Below, piece by piece: positions 39,401 to 53,686 of a stretch of 64,000 bases of DNA; within the stretch, counting starts at the first letter, position 1; the number at the start of each line of letters is the position of its first letter. The translations under genes and the position numbers were made by a program. This stretch comes from Octopus sinensis (lineage: Eukaryota): NCBI RefSeq assembly GCF_006345805.1, contig NC_043012.1, positions 35,340,001-35,404,000 on the forward strand, in the 5' to 3' direction. The notes beneath the pieces are model-generated. The model was not told the DNA's origin. It did no database searches and saw nothing but the letters and a program-made list of their open reading frames with translations.

Positions 39401-39717
39401 TCTCAGCCACTGCCCATTCTCTCTCTCTCTCTCTCCCTCTCTCTCTCCCTCTCTCTCTCCCCCCTCTCTCTCTCTCTCTGGGTACCCGTTGTTGTCATCT
39501 GACTTTAGATCAGCCTCGACACAAGCGGACTTATAATGAAATGTCATCGTTTCCAGCCATGACCATCTCGCCTTTCATTCAAACATCTCCCCAACTACAT
39601 TATTGAAGTGTCCTTCGTGTAATTAAGACGATAGTATGCGAGTTGAGAAAAGGTTTTCGTTGCTTTTTTTCTAGCAGCTGGTTGATCGGTAACACGGAGA
39701 ACCCCTACACACACACA

Positions 39718-39760
<43 letters not shown>

Positions 39761-40459
39761 CAAGGTCGTGGTGTTGATCACAGAGAAAGCAGCCAAGGTG
39801 GACATAGCCAGAGCAGGAAAGCCGCTATTGTTACATACCTACCGACAATCATGTGAGAAATAATTTAAACACGAGCTGCTAGAAATAACAGTCAGATCTC
39901 TCTCAAATGACACCATACGGTGTTCATAATACAAGGACGAACCGAAAGATGTCCTTGTTTTGTTTACGGCGTCGCCGCCGCCGCCGCCATCTTCGGCAGA
40001 TGTTGATATCGTTCTTGCTGCTGTTTTTCTTCGTCTTGTTGCTGTCGATGTTGATATTGTTATTGCTGTTGTTGTCATTACTGCCGATGAAGATGTTGTT
40101 ATTATCTGCGTTGTCGTTGTTGTTGCTGTGGTGCTGGTGGTGTTGCTGTTGTTGTTGTTGTAGTTTTTGTTGGTAATATCGTTGTTGCTTTACTTTAGCC
40201 CCCGGTCAGTTCTGCTGGAGCCGACCTACATACAGCCAGCCGTGACCACCACGCCGTTTGTCATCCCCACCTAGCCATCCGGCCGGACGTGTTACATCAA
40301 ACGCAATCAATCTATAATTGGATCTAGAACAACGCTTTCATCAAATATGGCCTTCTTTTTTTTTTTCCAGATTTAAAGGAGATTTAGCTGCTATTTCTGG
40401 CAGGACTAGCAACCATTTAGCGGATGCCTTGGATGTTATTGAAGATGTGACGATTATGT

Positions 40460-41640
40460 CACGGACAAACACAAACACACATGTACAGGTATACCCACAC
40501 ATACACATGCACACAATGCACAGACATACACCAACACACAACTACATTCATACATACATGCCTACACACATACATATATATATATACACAACGCACATAA
40601 ACTATCAAACAAACACACATATATACACATTCATACATATAAACATATACACACACTTGCGCACATATACACACATGCATACCTGCATGCAAACATGCAT
40701 ACACATACACACATAAACGCACATACAACGACACAAGCACACGCGCACAACTGCACGCATACGCACATACACATACATACATACATACATAGACACACAC
40801 ATACACACATATACACACATACAACCACACGAGCGCATGTGGACAGATGCACGCATACACACACATTCACACAACATGCACGCATATGCACATATACGTA
40901 CGTACATACATACATACGTACGTACGTACAAATAAGTACATACATACATACATGCATGTAAACATACATACATACATACTCATGCGTACAAATGCACACA
41001 TACACCAAAATATGTGCATCCATATGCACACGCACACATTCACACCTACACACTCTGTATGTATTATGTAAACGTGCGCACGTGTATACAAATATATATC
41101 CACGTGCATGACCTAGCTTTCCTATAACTGCGTGTACATGTGTGTATGTGTATATATATATATGAAGATGTGAATATGTTCCAGTGTGAACTACATACGT
41201 AGAGACGTGCGCGCACGTATATACGCCAATAAAGTGTATATATTCAAGTATGCTATTATATGCGTAACGTATGTATATTATTTCTATACATGCTACATTT
41301 CTTTATATGTACATACATGTACAGTACATATATGTATGGATGTACACACGTATGTATGGACGTATGCGTGCTTGCACGTATGTATGTATGCGTGTATTTA
41401 TACATATGTACATTAACTATATGTATGCATATGTATAAATATGTAACTATATATATATATATACGTATATATTTGTATATGAATATATATTTGTACATAT
41501 AGGAATATAAATGTGTGTACATACAAACATTTATACATACATACATACCTACATACATTTCTACCAACCTACATACATACATTCATACATTACATACATA
41601 CATATATATGACATACTTAGATAACATACACACGCACATA
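40460..41640. repeat. Degenerate (CA)/(TACA)/(TA) compound microsatellite
   Basis: Directly visible. Confidence 0.9.
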
Positions 41641-42734
41641 CATCATCATCATCATCATCACTTTACGTAGGTTTTTGTTTTTCCGTTTGTTTCTATTCGG
41701 TGATACAGGTTAGGCAAGTTTCTCATCTCCCAACAACAAACCGCAATAATCCAGAAACAACACAAAACACCATACTGGCCATATAACAAACGTCAGAATG
41801 TCCAGTATGGTTGGACTTAGATCAGACAGTGAAAAGAGTACAATAGAGTAGAAAAGAGTACCCAGTCTGCCGCGCTATACAACATACTATTTGTTAACCA
41901 ACTTATGTCGGGGTGTAATCTCAGGTAATGAACCAGATTGTGGCATGGTATATCTAGGACAACAGGGATATGAATTGCGTTTGGTCGATCACGTATGCTT
42001 CATTGGTCTTCTCGATCAGAATTGATCTGGGGCTACACAGAAATCTCACGATAGGGGTTCTGAGAAGATGCCAGAAACCCCTCCACTTGGGCCTTGAATG
42101 CCTTTAGCAGAAACAAGTTTGTTGCAAGCATTAGAGCCACGTCTTCAGTTTGAGGAGAACCTCATTCAATCTTCCAACAGACTGGGAGGCCCTGGAAACG
42201 ATAACGGGGTCATGCACACGGCCCTTTCTTCCCAGACTAAAGGGACAATCAAATCTAGCTGACATTCTGCGTTAGAGGTTTAGAAAAGGAGCACGCATTG
42301 ACTAATGAGGTTCACGATACATTGTGGCCATGGTGGCAAAACGGAATGGCACAGATGGGATGACCTTCATATGACCTTGGTTAAACAACATCGACATGAA
42401 TTAAGTCAGAGAAACCTAACATCTTGTCGCTCACAACCCCCTTGCCCACCCGTCACCTATAAAATACATCTTTTTGACTTAGCTCTACTTAAAGACAACT
42501 GCTTTAATGGATGATTGTTGATGGTTAGCTCCATAGCGGCCTTGAATGAGAATAATTATGATCAAAGGATCAAGACCTTACTGCCGCACTACACCCTCAC
42601 CTACTACACGACCTCACAGCACCACTGCACTACAGTGGCACTGTGGAGCAGGGTTACATAGCCTGACGACCACATAACATGTTCCCACAACTGCCCCCAC
42701 ACTGCATGGCCTTGCTGGCACACTACATCACCAC

Positions 42735-42766
<32 letters not shown>

Positions 42767-43015
42767 CGTAGGCTATACAACTAAACACATGACAGTTTAC
42801 TGTGTGGTATAGAGCCAGCCATGCTATCTCAGAGGTTGAACATATTGGCCAGTTGTTCGGAGGCTTCCATGGGTCTAGGACCCAATGCTATGAATGCAGT
42901 ACTATGGAACCAATGTATGCACAGTGGTTGTTCTCTGTGAAGGGACCCCAGTGCTTTGCTTCGGTCGGGGGCAACTATAATACTGTTAAGACGGGTCTCG
43001 TGTAGGGACCAGAGC

Positions 43016-43264
43016 AGTGGTTCTCAACAAGGTCTATACCGCACTTGGGGGTCCATATAAGATTTTGTCCTTAAGATTTATGGGTAATAAAGTGGTTAAA
43101 TTCTATAACACACAAAATAATTTAGCGCTTATTTTATGCAATTCCTAAGAATACTTCATTATAGAAATAAGATTTTTTAATATACATCGAATGCCTATGA
43201 GTGTCCATTAGAGCAAAACTGGTAACAAAGGGATCCATAAGCAAAAAATGGCTGAGTACCCCTG
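43016..43264. mobile_element. hAT (Charlie-like) MITE
   Basis: TIRs cagtggttctcaac / ggctgagtacccctg; interior related to 20826-21173 (ggggtcc.tataagattt; gggatccata). Confidence 0.7.
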
Positions 43265-44904
43265 GTCAGGACAAAGCTCTCTCTCTTTCTCAGTTGCTCC
43301 CAAAAGGTTCATTAACTGACCTTAAAATTTGTTGAGGGGTGGGTGCAGCGGGTAGGGACAGAGGGCAGAGGTGAAAGGATAAAGGGATGGGCAGTTAGGA
43401 AAGGGAATCGGAGAAGAGAGATAAGGAGTGTAAGAAGGGCAGGTGGGGGTCAACTGGGTTTACAACTGATGTAAACTTGTGAATATAAACAACTTGTGAA
43501 TATATAACAACATAAGCAGTATGTTATCAACAAAGGAAATTATCTCTGACAACAACACAAGAGCGAATGAGGGATCGCCCACGTCGGTCTCACGACGTGC
43601 CAGAAATAGCAGCTAGATCTACCTCGACTCACTCGCTCTCGTTTTTCGCAAAGGAGGCGGGGTGTGGAGGATTCACTAAATAATTGTTGTCGCTGATATA
43701 CAGATGATAACGACGAGGTGGTCATAATTGGCTTAACTTCGTTCAAAGGTTTTCCTCGCATGAGACTGACCTGTAGTTAAAACAATATCAACAATAACAA
43801 AAAGAACAAAAAAAAACAGTGGATGTAAACGGTGGCGATGGCGGAGGTGTTTATAGAAAACTCGCATTGTCTTTGTTAGACTGTGTGTGTGTGTGTATGA
43901 ACGAATGTATGTGTGTGTATGTAGGTGTATGTATGTATGCATGTATGTAGGTGTGTGAATGTATGTAGGTGTGTATGTACGTATGTATATGTTTGTGTGC
44001 AAGTATGCATGCGTATCTATATGTATCTATATACATGTGTATAAAACTGCATAAGCTGCTCTCTCCCTCTCCCTCTATCTCTCTATATATACACATACAC
44101 ACACATATATAAACATACGTGTGTGTGTGTATAGCTTTGTGTCCCCACTCCTCATTCTCTGCCGTTCGGTCACACTGACATTCCACCCCCACCTCGCTCC
44201 AAAACAGCATCCACTTATCTTAAGTGTTTGTTTATGTGTCAAACAGTCTGGAGAGACATGCCTGTCTGCCTGCATGCAAACATGCATGCATGCTTCTGCA
44301 CGCATACATACATACACACATACATACATCATACCTACCTACCTACCTACATACATACATATATAGATACACATACATACATGCACACACACAAATGTTT
44401 CCGCCGAATGCTTCTTTTTCCCAAACAAGCCATTTATAGTAACTTTAGCTGTTATTTCTTGCAAGTTAATTTCTTTTACGTTGAGGCCCTTTCGCTGATT
44501 CGGGCTCAGACGGTCAGTCAGCGGGGCGTGTTTGGCGCGCCTTAAAATTGCCCTTCACTCAGAATACACCAACAGAGACAGGGTCCCAGAACTTATACGG
44601 GGGCATTAGAGTTTTGCTGTGTCAGGGCAATCCGGGTCTTTTGTGCACGCACGTGGGTGTAAGGTGTTGGGACCCCAAGTAATTGTTTACTGACCCTTTC
44701 TTGCACTTTTTTCGTTGTTGTTTTGTATATATTTTATTGTTATTTATCTATTGTTCTATGTTTATTTTTCCAATGCTATTTATATAAGCCCCCTTTTTAT
44801 TGTCCCTATTTATCCATTCCACGCTAACAGTGTCAGTATTTCGCCCTTTTAATATCCCCAATTTGTTGCCCCACTGGTTAATAAAGTAAGTGTCGTTTCA
44901 TATT

Positions 44905-45256
44905 ACGTTCTGAGTTCAAATTCCACCAGGGTCAACTTTGCCTTACATCGCTCCAGGGTCGATAAAATAAAGTCCCTATCAAGTACTGGAGCCGAGGCAA
45001 TCGACTAACCTCTTTTTCCCTAAAATTACAGGCCTTGTACCAAAATATGAAACCATTATTGTTACTAATATCTTGATACAGTTTATTACGATGTTCCGGG
45101 TTCAAATTCCGCCGAGGTTGACTTTGCCTTTCATCCTTTCGAGGTCGATAAATTAAGTACCAGTTACGACCTGGGGTCGATGTAATCGACTTAATCCGTT
45201 TGTCTGTCCTTGTTTGTCCCCTCTGTGTTTAGCCCCTTGTGGGTAGTAAAGAAATA
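44905..45256 (+). mobile_element. Two 5'-truncated SINE-A copies (A1 tail then A2 tail)
   Basis: Core homology at ~44905-45058 and ~45097-45256. Confidence 0.85.
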
Positions 45257-45778
45257 GAGGATATTATTATCGAGCCTATTAAGGGTGGCACAGATGGTAG
45301 CCAGCTGGGTAGTAATTAATTTCGTCGATTAATAAACGAGTTCAAATCCCGCCAGCTTACGTTGACATTGCATTTTATCTCACCGTTGGCATGCAGGAAA
45401 TATTTACTAGATTCATTTCAATAGACAACAGCTGCTTCGAAACATCATCTGCGAATGTGTTGCACGAGAAAGGAGTGTTCGTGCGTGTATACATACATAC
45501 ATACATATATATATATAGATATATATATAATATATAATATATGTGTGTGGTGTGTGTGGTGTGTGTGTGTGTGTGTGTGTAAAATATATGTATATGTATA
45601 CACATATATATATGTGTGTGTATATAAATATATGTATATGTATACACATATATATATGTGTGTGTATATAAATGTATGTATGTATACATATATATTATTA
45701 TATATATATATATATATATATTATATGTGAATTATATATATGTGAATATATATATATATATATATATGTATATGTATA

Positions 45779-45823
<45 letters not shown>

Positions 45824-46304
45824 GTATAAATATATATATGTATATATATATATATATGTATACATGTATGTTTGTGTATGTATACTTATATGTACGCATA
45901 TATAAGCGCACGTAAACAAACGAAAAACACGTGGGTGTGTACAATATGTATGAGCGCTACATTATAGATGCACTTCTATTTGCCTGCCATGCGAAAAAGA
46001 TTCAGACACACACATATATAGACTGCGATAAAGAAAAAATGGGGCAGTGACAGGAACAGCAACAACAACAACTTGATGCATACGGGTCAATATAAATATA
46101 GATAAATGAATGACAGACCTGTGAATATATATTTCCTGCTGTTGTTGACACAGTTGAAAAGTTCGCTTGTATACGTAATATATATCGTCAGTATTTGTCC
46201 TTATAATCGTATGTATATACTTTGTATATATACGTCTGAAATGTTTATTTATGTGTATACAATGGCTTGTTAGTTGGTTAGTTGTCTCTAGTTATTCGAC
46301 AGTG

Positions 46305-46605
46305 TGTGCGTGTATATATATATAGTCAACTGGTAGATTTCCCGGTAATTGATGTATGTATAATATATACACACGTATGTGTATATATATATAGTCAACT
46401 GGTAGATCTCCCGGCAATTGATGTATATATAATATATACACACGTATGTTTATATATATATATATATATAGTCAACTGGTAGATCTCCCGGTAATTGATG
46501 TATGTATAATATATACACACGTATGTGTATATATATATAGTCAACTGGTAGATCTCCCGGTAATTGATGTATATATAATATATACACGCGTATGTGTGTA
46601 TATAT
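46305..46605 (+). repeat. ~69 bp minisatellite, 4 copies
   Basis: gtcaactggtagat(t/c)tcccgg(t/c)aattgatgtat occurs at 46325, 46394, 46471 and 46540. Confidence 0.9.
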
Positions 46606-48013
46606 TTATATTATGGGAGATAAGAACTAAGAGAGGGTTGATGAAAGTTTGTATAATTGTCTCTATTATATACACGCTATATATGAATGTATATATATTT
46701 ATATATGTCTTGAGTGTGTTGTATGTTCGTGTAGTGGCTTGTTAAATGGTAGTTTAGATAAGTGGATAGATAAATGGACAGAGAGATATGTAGACGGTTT
46801 GGTGTAGAGTTTTAACGATCCTGTTGACAATACAGGCACGTGGTGAGGCGAATGTAAACAGACATATTGTCAATTTTCAACATCACACGGTAGAAGGACT
46901 ATTATTGTATTTATTCCGTTATTATCGATTCCGTTATTATTCTTATTCCGATATTCTTATTACTTGTATTATTACTTGTATTATTATTATTATTATATAA
47001 GGTATCCGACCGAATAAACGAACGCAACGTTTGTTTTCGTTTTTTTTCTTCTCAGTGCTGGGTCTAAGTTGGATGAAAATATTTGTCCCCTTCTCGAATG
47101 GTGGAGAAAGAGAATGTAAGAGTGAGAGAGGGTGGAGATAGATAAATAGAGATATAGAGGGGGGACGAGGAAGAGGAAGCAGATAAAGAACAGTGGGGGA
47201 GGAGGGGAACAAAACGGGGGGGGGAATTTAGGTGTAGTGAGAGGTGGGCATTATGAAAGGGTAATTATTTGCTGAGAATACACACGCATGAATGTGTGTG
47301 GGTGCGTGCGTGTGCGTGTGTGTAAGTGCCTGCGTACGTGTGTGTGTGTGTGTGTGTGTGTGTCTATAAATATGTGTATATGTTTATGTATGTATACTGT
47401 AGGTTTGTCTGTTTCTATTTCGGCTGCCTTTTCTTTGCTCTTCAACTCAAGAAATAAACATACCAGGAGAGCTTGTTTTACTTAACTATACACCCACCTA
47501 GATGATGTATGTGTGTGCATGTGCGAGTGTGTATGTATGTATGTGTGTGTGTGTGTGTATGTGTTTGTGTATATACATATATATATATGGCTCTGTGTTT
47601 ATGTTATAAATATACATACATTGTTTTAATTCCTTCTATAAACATGACACAGGAGATTAGGGGAAGATTACGTGTGTGTGTGTGTGTGTTTATGTGCGTA
47701 TGGGTGTGTGTGTAGGTATACATATATATGTATATATATATATGTATATATTATGTAATAAATATATATATGAACATATAAATAAATATAAATATAAATA
47801 TATATATATATATATTCTCTTTTCTCTTTTACTTGTTTCAGTCATTTGACTGCGGCCATGCTGGAGCACTGCCTTTACATTCATATATACATGTATATAT
47901 ATGTATGTGTGTGTGTTTACTAATATTTAGCTGGAGCAACAGGGTGACTCAAAGCCCGTGAGTTTCGTGCGTTGACACATACACACATATCTATATATCC
48001 ACACGCACACACA

Positions 48014-48074
<61 letters not shown>

Positions 48075-48142
48075 GCACACACATCTATATATACACGTGC
48101 AGAGAGGGAGAGGAAGACAGAGAAATAAATTTACGGACAGTT

Positions 48143-48178
<36 letters not shown>

Positions 48179-48469
48179 AAATAGGGAGAAAGAAGAAGAG
48201 AGAGATTCAAAATAAGGAAAGAAAGAGAGAAGAAGAGAGCTGGAGACGAACTCGAATCTCGACATTCCCCCTCCCCTCCCCCCGGTTCTCTTTTTCTCGG
48301 AAATTTCGTTGCTTCTATTTATATTTTTATTGTTGTTCTAGTTGTTGCTGTTGTTGACTTGGCCTTTCCTCTTTACGAGGTCGTCCATCATTTAAGTACC
48401 CGTTAAATACTGGATCGATGCAATCAACTGAGAGCCTTCATTGCTGGCCTTGAGACAAATTTTGAAACC

Positions 48470-48703
48470 ATTATTATTATTATTATTATTATTATTTTTA
48501 TTTTTATTTTTATTATTATTATCATTATTATTGTTGTTGTTATTATTATTATTATTATCATTATTATTATTTTTAATTTTTATTATTATTATTATTATCA
48601 TTATTATTATTTTTTTATTATTATTATTATTTTATTATTATTGTTGTTGTTGTTGTTATTATTGTAATTATTATTATTGATGTTATTATTATTATTATTA
48701 TTT

Positions 48704-48735
<32 letters not shown>

Positions 48736-48869
48736 GTTATTATTATTATCATTATTATTATTATTATTATTATTTATTATTATTATTATTATTGTTGTTG
48801 TTGTTGTTATTATTGTAATTATTATTATTGATGTTATTATTGTTATTATTATTATTGATGTTATTATTA

Positions 48870-48900
<31 letters not shown>

Positions 48901-48919
48901 GTTGTTGTTGTTGATGTTA

Positions 48920-48957
<38 letters not shown>

Positions 48958-49000
48958 AACAATAATAATAATAGTGTTGTCGTTGTTATTTTTCAATTGT
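48470..49000. repeat. (ATT)/(GTT) compound microsatellite with internal duplication
   Basis: The block ttgttgttgttgttattattgtaattattattattgatg occurs twice (~48643 and ~48794). Confidence 0.9.
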
Positions 49001-49357
49001 TTATTGTTGTTATCGTTTTTACAGGTATTACTGTGGTTGATGTGGTTGTTGTTGTTATGGTGGTTGTGGTGCTGGGGGTGGTTAGTGGTGATAGTTGTGT
49101 GATGTAACGTGGTAGTAATATTAAGATGATGATGATGTTGATAACGACGATTTTCGTGTTTAGCGCTAGGGCAGCGTTGATGGAGCAGACAGCCATATGA
49201 TTCAAAGATAGCCCACCTGTGACCATCCCGCTTAGTTCTCCTACGCATAGAGAATCCAAGACTGCCCTAGCCAACGCGACCGTAGGACATAATAGGGAGA
49301 TTTGGCTGCTATTTCTGGCAGATTGACCGACTACAGAGTGGCTACCTCAATATGTTT

Positions 49358-49397
<40 letters not shown>

Positions 49398-49750
49398 GGT
49401 GGTGGTGGTGGTGGTAATAGTAGTATTAGTAGTGGTAGTGGTGGTGGTGGTGGTAATAGTAGTAGTAGTGTCAATTAGGTTGTCAGCGTATGGAACAACA
49501 AATGGCTTTTAGTAGCGACCTGTATCTTTCGTAGAACTGTGTGTATATATGTGTGTGTGTATGTGTGTGTATGTGTGTGTGTTCGCTTAGGCCAGCGTAT
49601 ATGTGTGTATATGTGAGCATGTCTCTCTCTCTATATATACGTGTGTGTGTGTCTGTGTGTCCATCTCGCTATGTGATAATTTAAACACCGTATGTTGTGT
49701 TGTAAATATACCAACAGTATCGTGTTGTGTTGACAAACCAGCAGCCTAGC

Positions 49751-50068
49751 TCAGGTACAACACCAACTTTCCGGACACTCATAGTCCGACGCTTCTCTTA
49801 ATCCGTTCCAATTTACAATCCGGAACTTCAAGTTCCCGCGGTCACCAGACGAGTTCATTTGCACCTTGCACAGACAAGTACCTGGGTACTTGCTCAGTGC
49901 AGTACTTTTAAACGCGTATCATTTAATCATTTATACCTGTGTTCAGGTGTGTTTTCTTTAATTAAATAAACTCAATATTTAATTTATTGCGTGTTGGTCT
50001 CGATGACCATCCCTGGTCCGGAAAAAAGAAAAAAACGTCATTAATCCGGAAAAGGTTCCGGAAAAAAC
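49751..50068. mobile_element. Possible old MITE with degenerate TIRs
   Basis: Left end caggtacaacaccaactttccgga versus the reverse complement of the right end, caggtgtaacatggttttttccgga; partial match only. Confidence 0.3.
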
Positions 50069-50084
50069 CATGTTACACCTGTGT

Positions 50085-50432
50085 ATTCTTTGTTTCTTTT
50101 GTTCTTTTACTTGTTTCAGTCATTAGCCTGCGGCCATGCTGGGGCACCGACTTGAAGAATTTTTTAGTCGAATGAAAGCCCTGTACCTTTTTTATTTCTT
50201 TTCAGCTTGGTACTTATTCTATCGTTTTTTTTAACGAACAGCTAAGTTACGGAAACGTACTCACACCAACACCGGTGGTCAAGTGTTGGTGATGGACAAA
50301 CACACACACACACACACATGTATGTATGTATGTATGTATGTATGTATGTATGTATGTATGTATGTATGTATGTGAGTATGTATGTATATATATGTGTGTA
50401 GATTTGGTAAACGGAAACTGAAAGAAGCTTGT

Positions 50433-50480
<48 letters not shown>

Positions 50481-50696
50481 ATATATATATTATGTGCGTG
50501 TGTGTGATTATTTCGTTTTGGGATTTGGTTTGCAAGATTCTTTCTGTAAGTTCGTGTGTTGAAGCATATTCTGAGGTACTGGTTGCCTCGAGGCTATAGT
50601 AGAAAACACTTACCGAAGGTGCTACGCAGTGGGACTGAACCCAGAACAACGTAGTTGGGAAGCAAACTTCATATCACACACACCCACACCTGCGCC
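50085..50696 (-). mobile_element. SINE-B with expanded central microsatellites
   Basis: Tail, centre and head are in order on the minus strand. Confidence 0.85.
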
Positions 50697-51049
50697 TATA
50701 TATTCAATAAAATTCAATAAATATGTTTAATTTCAGAGTTTGTTGACCAAAGAGACAACCCTTAGTTCGGAAAAGCCTTCGGAACCAAACATTCCGAAAA
50801 AGAAAAACACCGATGGTATACCTCTACCTTACTACAGCAGGCAACACTTTAGTAATACTAGTGAATGTTATACTAAGTTGTACTCTACACGCCCCATACC
50901 TATTAGTTGTACTCTATGGTGATGTTAATGTCCTTTTGCTCTGTACTTCACTACCTCCGTGTATACCACACCGTTGAATCGATAATCGGAACGAGTCCGT
51001 TCTATAATTATATCCGTCGCTCTATCCTCGGCATATCTATGTGCGCGCG

Positions 51050-51299
51050 TCTTTGCCTCTGTGCTTGGTCCTCACCAACCCCGCTTGACAACCGGGGCTG
51101 GTGTGTTTACAACCCCGTAACTTAGCAGTTCTGTAAATAGTGACCGATAGAATAAGTACCAGGCTTAAAAAAAAAACCAAAAAAAAAAACAAGTAAGTGC
51201 TGGGTTCGATTCATGCGACTAAAAATTCTTGGTGGTGTTGCCCCAGCATGGCCGCAGTCCGATGATTGAAACAGGTAACAGATAAAAGGTATAAAAGAG
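51050..51299 (+). mobile_element. SINE-B 3' half
   Basis: Tail homology. Confidence 0.85.
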
Positions 51300-51734
51300 C
51301 GTTTGTTGTTGTGGATGTTGTTGTAGTTGTGCACCCTCAGTTCCACACAGCTGAAACAAATCTATCAGCAACGACGTTCCACCCATGGCCATCCCTTCAT
51401 AAAGTCCCCCAACACAGTTCATCTAAGTCTATCCTCTGTTGTCCCATTTCATTCGAAAAATAATTTTGTAAGAAAATCGGCTGAAAATTAGACGGAGATT
51501 TCGCTGCTTTTTCTAGCAGATCGAGTGACTAAATGGTTGTAAGTATATCAACCTATTTAAATGCCGAGGTGAATCCAGTGCAGGAGTACAAACCTGTCGC
51601 AGCTGACAGATTTGTGACGACAAAAGTCATTAATCTTTGGTCTCACAAAAATTCTTAACGAAACAGCTTTTTACGGCTTTCGTCTAAAAAAAAAATTAAA
51701 TCACTTGTTCGGTCGTGGATTCTTTTTTTTTAAG

Positions 51735-51975
51735 GCGGCGAGTTGGCAGAAACGTTAGCACGTCGCCGGACAAACGGCTCAGCGGCGTTTCGTGCGTCTT
51801 TGCGTTCCGAGTTCAAATTCTGCCGAGGCCGACTTAGCTTTTCTCATTTCGGTGTCGATGAAGTAGTTCAACACTGGCGATTGACCTAATCCATTTACCC
51901 AATCTCCACCCCGCCCACGCACCTTACCTTTTAGTGAAATTGCTGGCCTTGTGCCAACAAATTTGAGACCAATAT
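51735..51975 (+). mobile_element. SINE-A (A1 tail)
   Basis: ggcggcgagttggcagaaacgttagcacg...gagttcaaattctgccgagg...ggccttgtgccaac. Confidence 0.85.
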
Positions 51976-52269
51976 TGAGTCCTTTTAGGACCCTTTGCAA
52001 CAATAACGGTTCGAATTTAAACTGATGTATAGGGTTCAATGGAGTTCTCGTTGGGTCGTGTATCTATAAGAGTGTTATACTAGAAGCTTCTTAGCTCTGT
52101 GTATGAGAAGCAAATCCTATGTTAGAAGAAGGGCACTACCATCTTAAACTTAGGGGACAAAAGTACTGAAGGAAAAGGAAGGAAACCTGGTTTAGTGCTG
52201 TCTTAAGACTCAGCACACTCGTCTGTTGTCACGTGACTTCAGCGCTGTGGGAATCCAACGCGAAGGCAT

Positions 52270-52552
52270 ATCTTTTATCTTTTATTTGTTTCAGTCAGTT
52301 GAGTGCGGCCATGCTGGAGCGCCGCCTTTAGTCGATCAAATCGATTCCAGGACTTATTCTTTGTAAGCCTAGTTAGTACTTATTCAATCGGTCCCTTTGC
52401 CGAACTGCTAAGTTACGGGGACGTAAACACACCAGCATCGGTTGTCAAGCGATGTTGGGGTGACAAACACAGACACACAAACACACACACACACACACAT
52501 ATATATATGTGGTTTGTAAGCAAGTTACTTACCACACAGCCACGCCTGCGCC
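52270..52552 (-). mobile_element. SINE-B with internal deletion
   Basis: The tail and head are joined at the microsatellite. Confidence 0.88.
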
Positions 52553-52618
52553 TATATATATATATATATATACATATGCTGTGATTTTTCTTTCAAGAAA
52601 TCAATAAGCACTAAAAGA

Positions 52619-52690
52619 CAGTGGTCCTCAGCCTGTCCAGTACCACGGACCCATTTCATGCAGGACAATTTTTCCACGGATTAGGGGATC
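52619..52690 (+). mobile_element. hAT MITE 5' end fragment
   Basis: cagtggtcctcagcc...accacggacc...tttcatgcaggacaatttttccacgga resembles Charlie-type MITE ends as I recall them. Confidence 0.5.
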
Positions 52691-52710
52691 AGGCGCCTAG
52701 CAAATACGTA

Positions 52711-52766
<56 letters not shown>

Positions 52767-52984
52767 TGCGACTTGAACATTTAACGTGGTACTATAGCCA
52801 GTGTTTCGACTGCTATTTCGGCATGTTGGTGTCTTTTAGACACCCTCATTTTTAATTGTTAAAATTTTTTTACCTTTGTAAGGTATTTCTTTCATGCTGG
52901 CCACTTGATAATTTCGACACTTAAATATCGATATTATCCTCATATATAAATTTATATATATATATATCATTATTATTATTATTG

Positions 52985-53374
52985 TTATTGAGTGAGAGAG
53001 CGCCATCAAAGTGACACTGGGGTAGAATATACAAAGCCAAATATACCCATCATGACTACCCGTCTGATAAGGGTACACTAGGCACATGCATCACAACCAT
53101 ATGTGCACGACATGGTGATCTCATATCAAGGTAAACAGCGCATGACCTTGCAGGTGGGGCCCAGTTAGAATTTCCTTCAGGTTGAGTAGCCCATCCCGCT
53201 CAAACGGTCCCTGAATAAGGGTTGTTTAAGGATGTTGAAAGAACCACCCATGTTTCCAGAGGTGAATTATTCAAACCCCAAAGAATCCCTCTCAACACAT
53301 GGCTATGATGCTCCCCCACTACTTCTGCTCGTGATCAGAGATGCACATATCGTCAGCCACTAAGGGACATGCTC

Positions 53375-53375
<1 letters not shown>
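52985..53375 (-). mobile_element. Interspersed repeat in (ATT)n, probably a non-LTR retrotransposon 3' end
   Basis: A ~390 bp GC-richer block is flanked by (ATT)n on both sides; the minus strand ends ctcactcaataa. The family assignment is from memory only. Confidence 0.45.
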
Positions 53376-53406
<31 letters not shown>

Positions 53407-53420
53407 TATTATTAGGTATA

Positions 53421-53572
53421 GGTGCCGCCGTGGCTGTGTGGAAAGTAGGTAGCTTCTCAGCCGCATTGTTCCTGGTTCGGTCCTACTGCGTGGCAACCTG
53501 GGCAAGTGTCTTGTACCAAAGCCCTTTGAATGGATTTGGTAGACAGAAACCGAAAGAGGCACGTTATATATG

Positions 53573-53607
<35 letters not shown>

Positions 53608-53686
53608 ACTGTGGTTGGTTCACTCGACTAAAGGGGTGCTTCAGCATGGCCGCAGTCTAATGACTAAAACACGTCAACGATAAACG
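53421..53686 (+). mobile_element. SINE-B (degenerate, deleted)
   Basis: Head tggctgtgtgg...gggcaagtgtc, ggatttggtagac and tail cagcatggccgcagtctaatgac. Confidence 0.8.

Noticed and set aside
41769-41812. Hairpin ACCATACTGG...CCAGTATGGT as a pre-miRNA
   Set aside because: The stem is only 10-13 bp and I recognise no mature miRNA.
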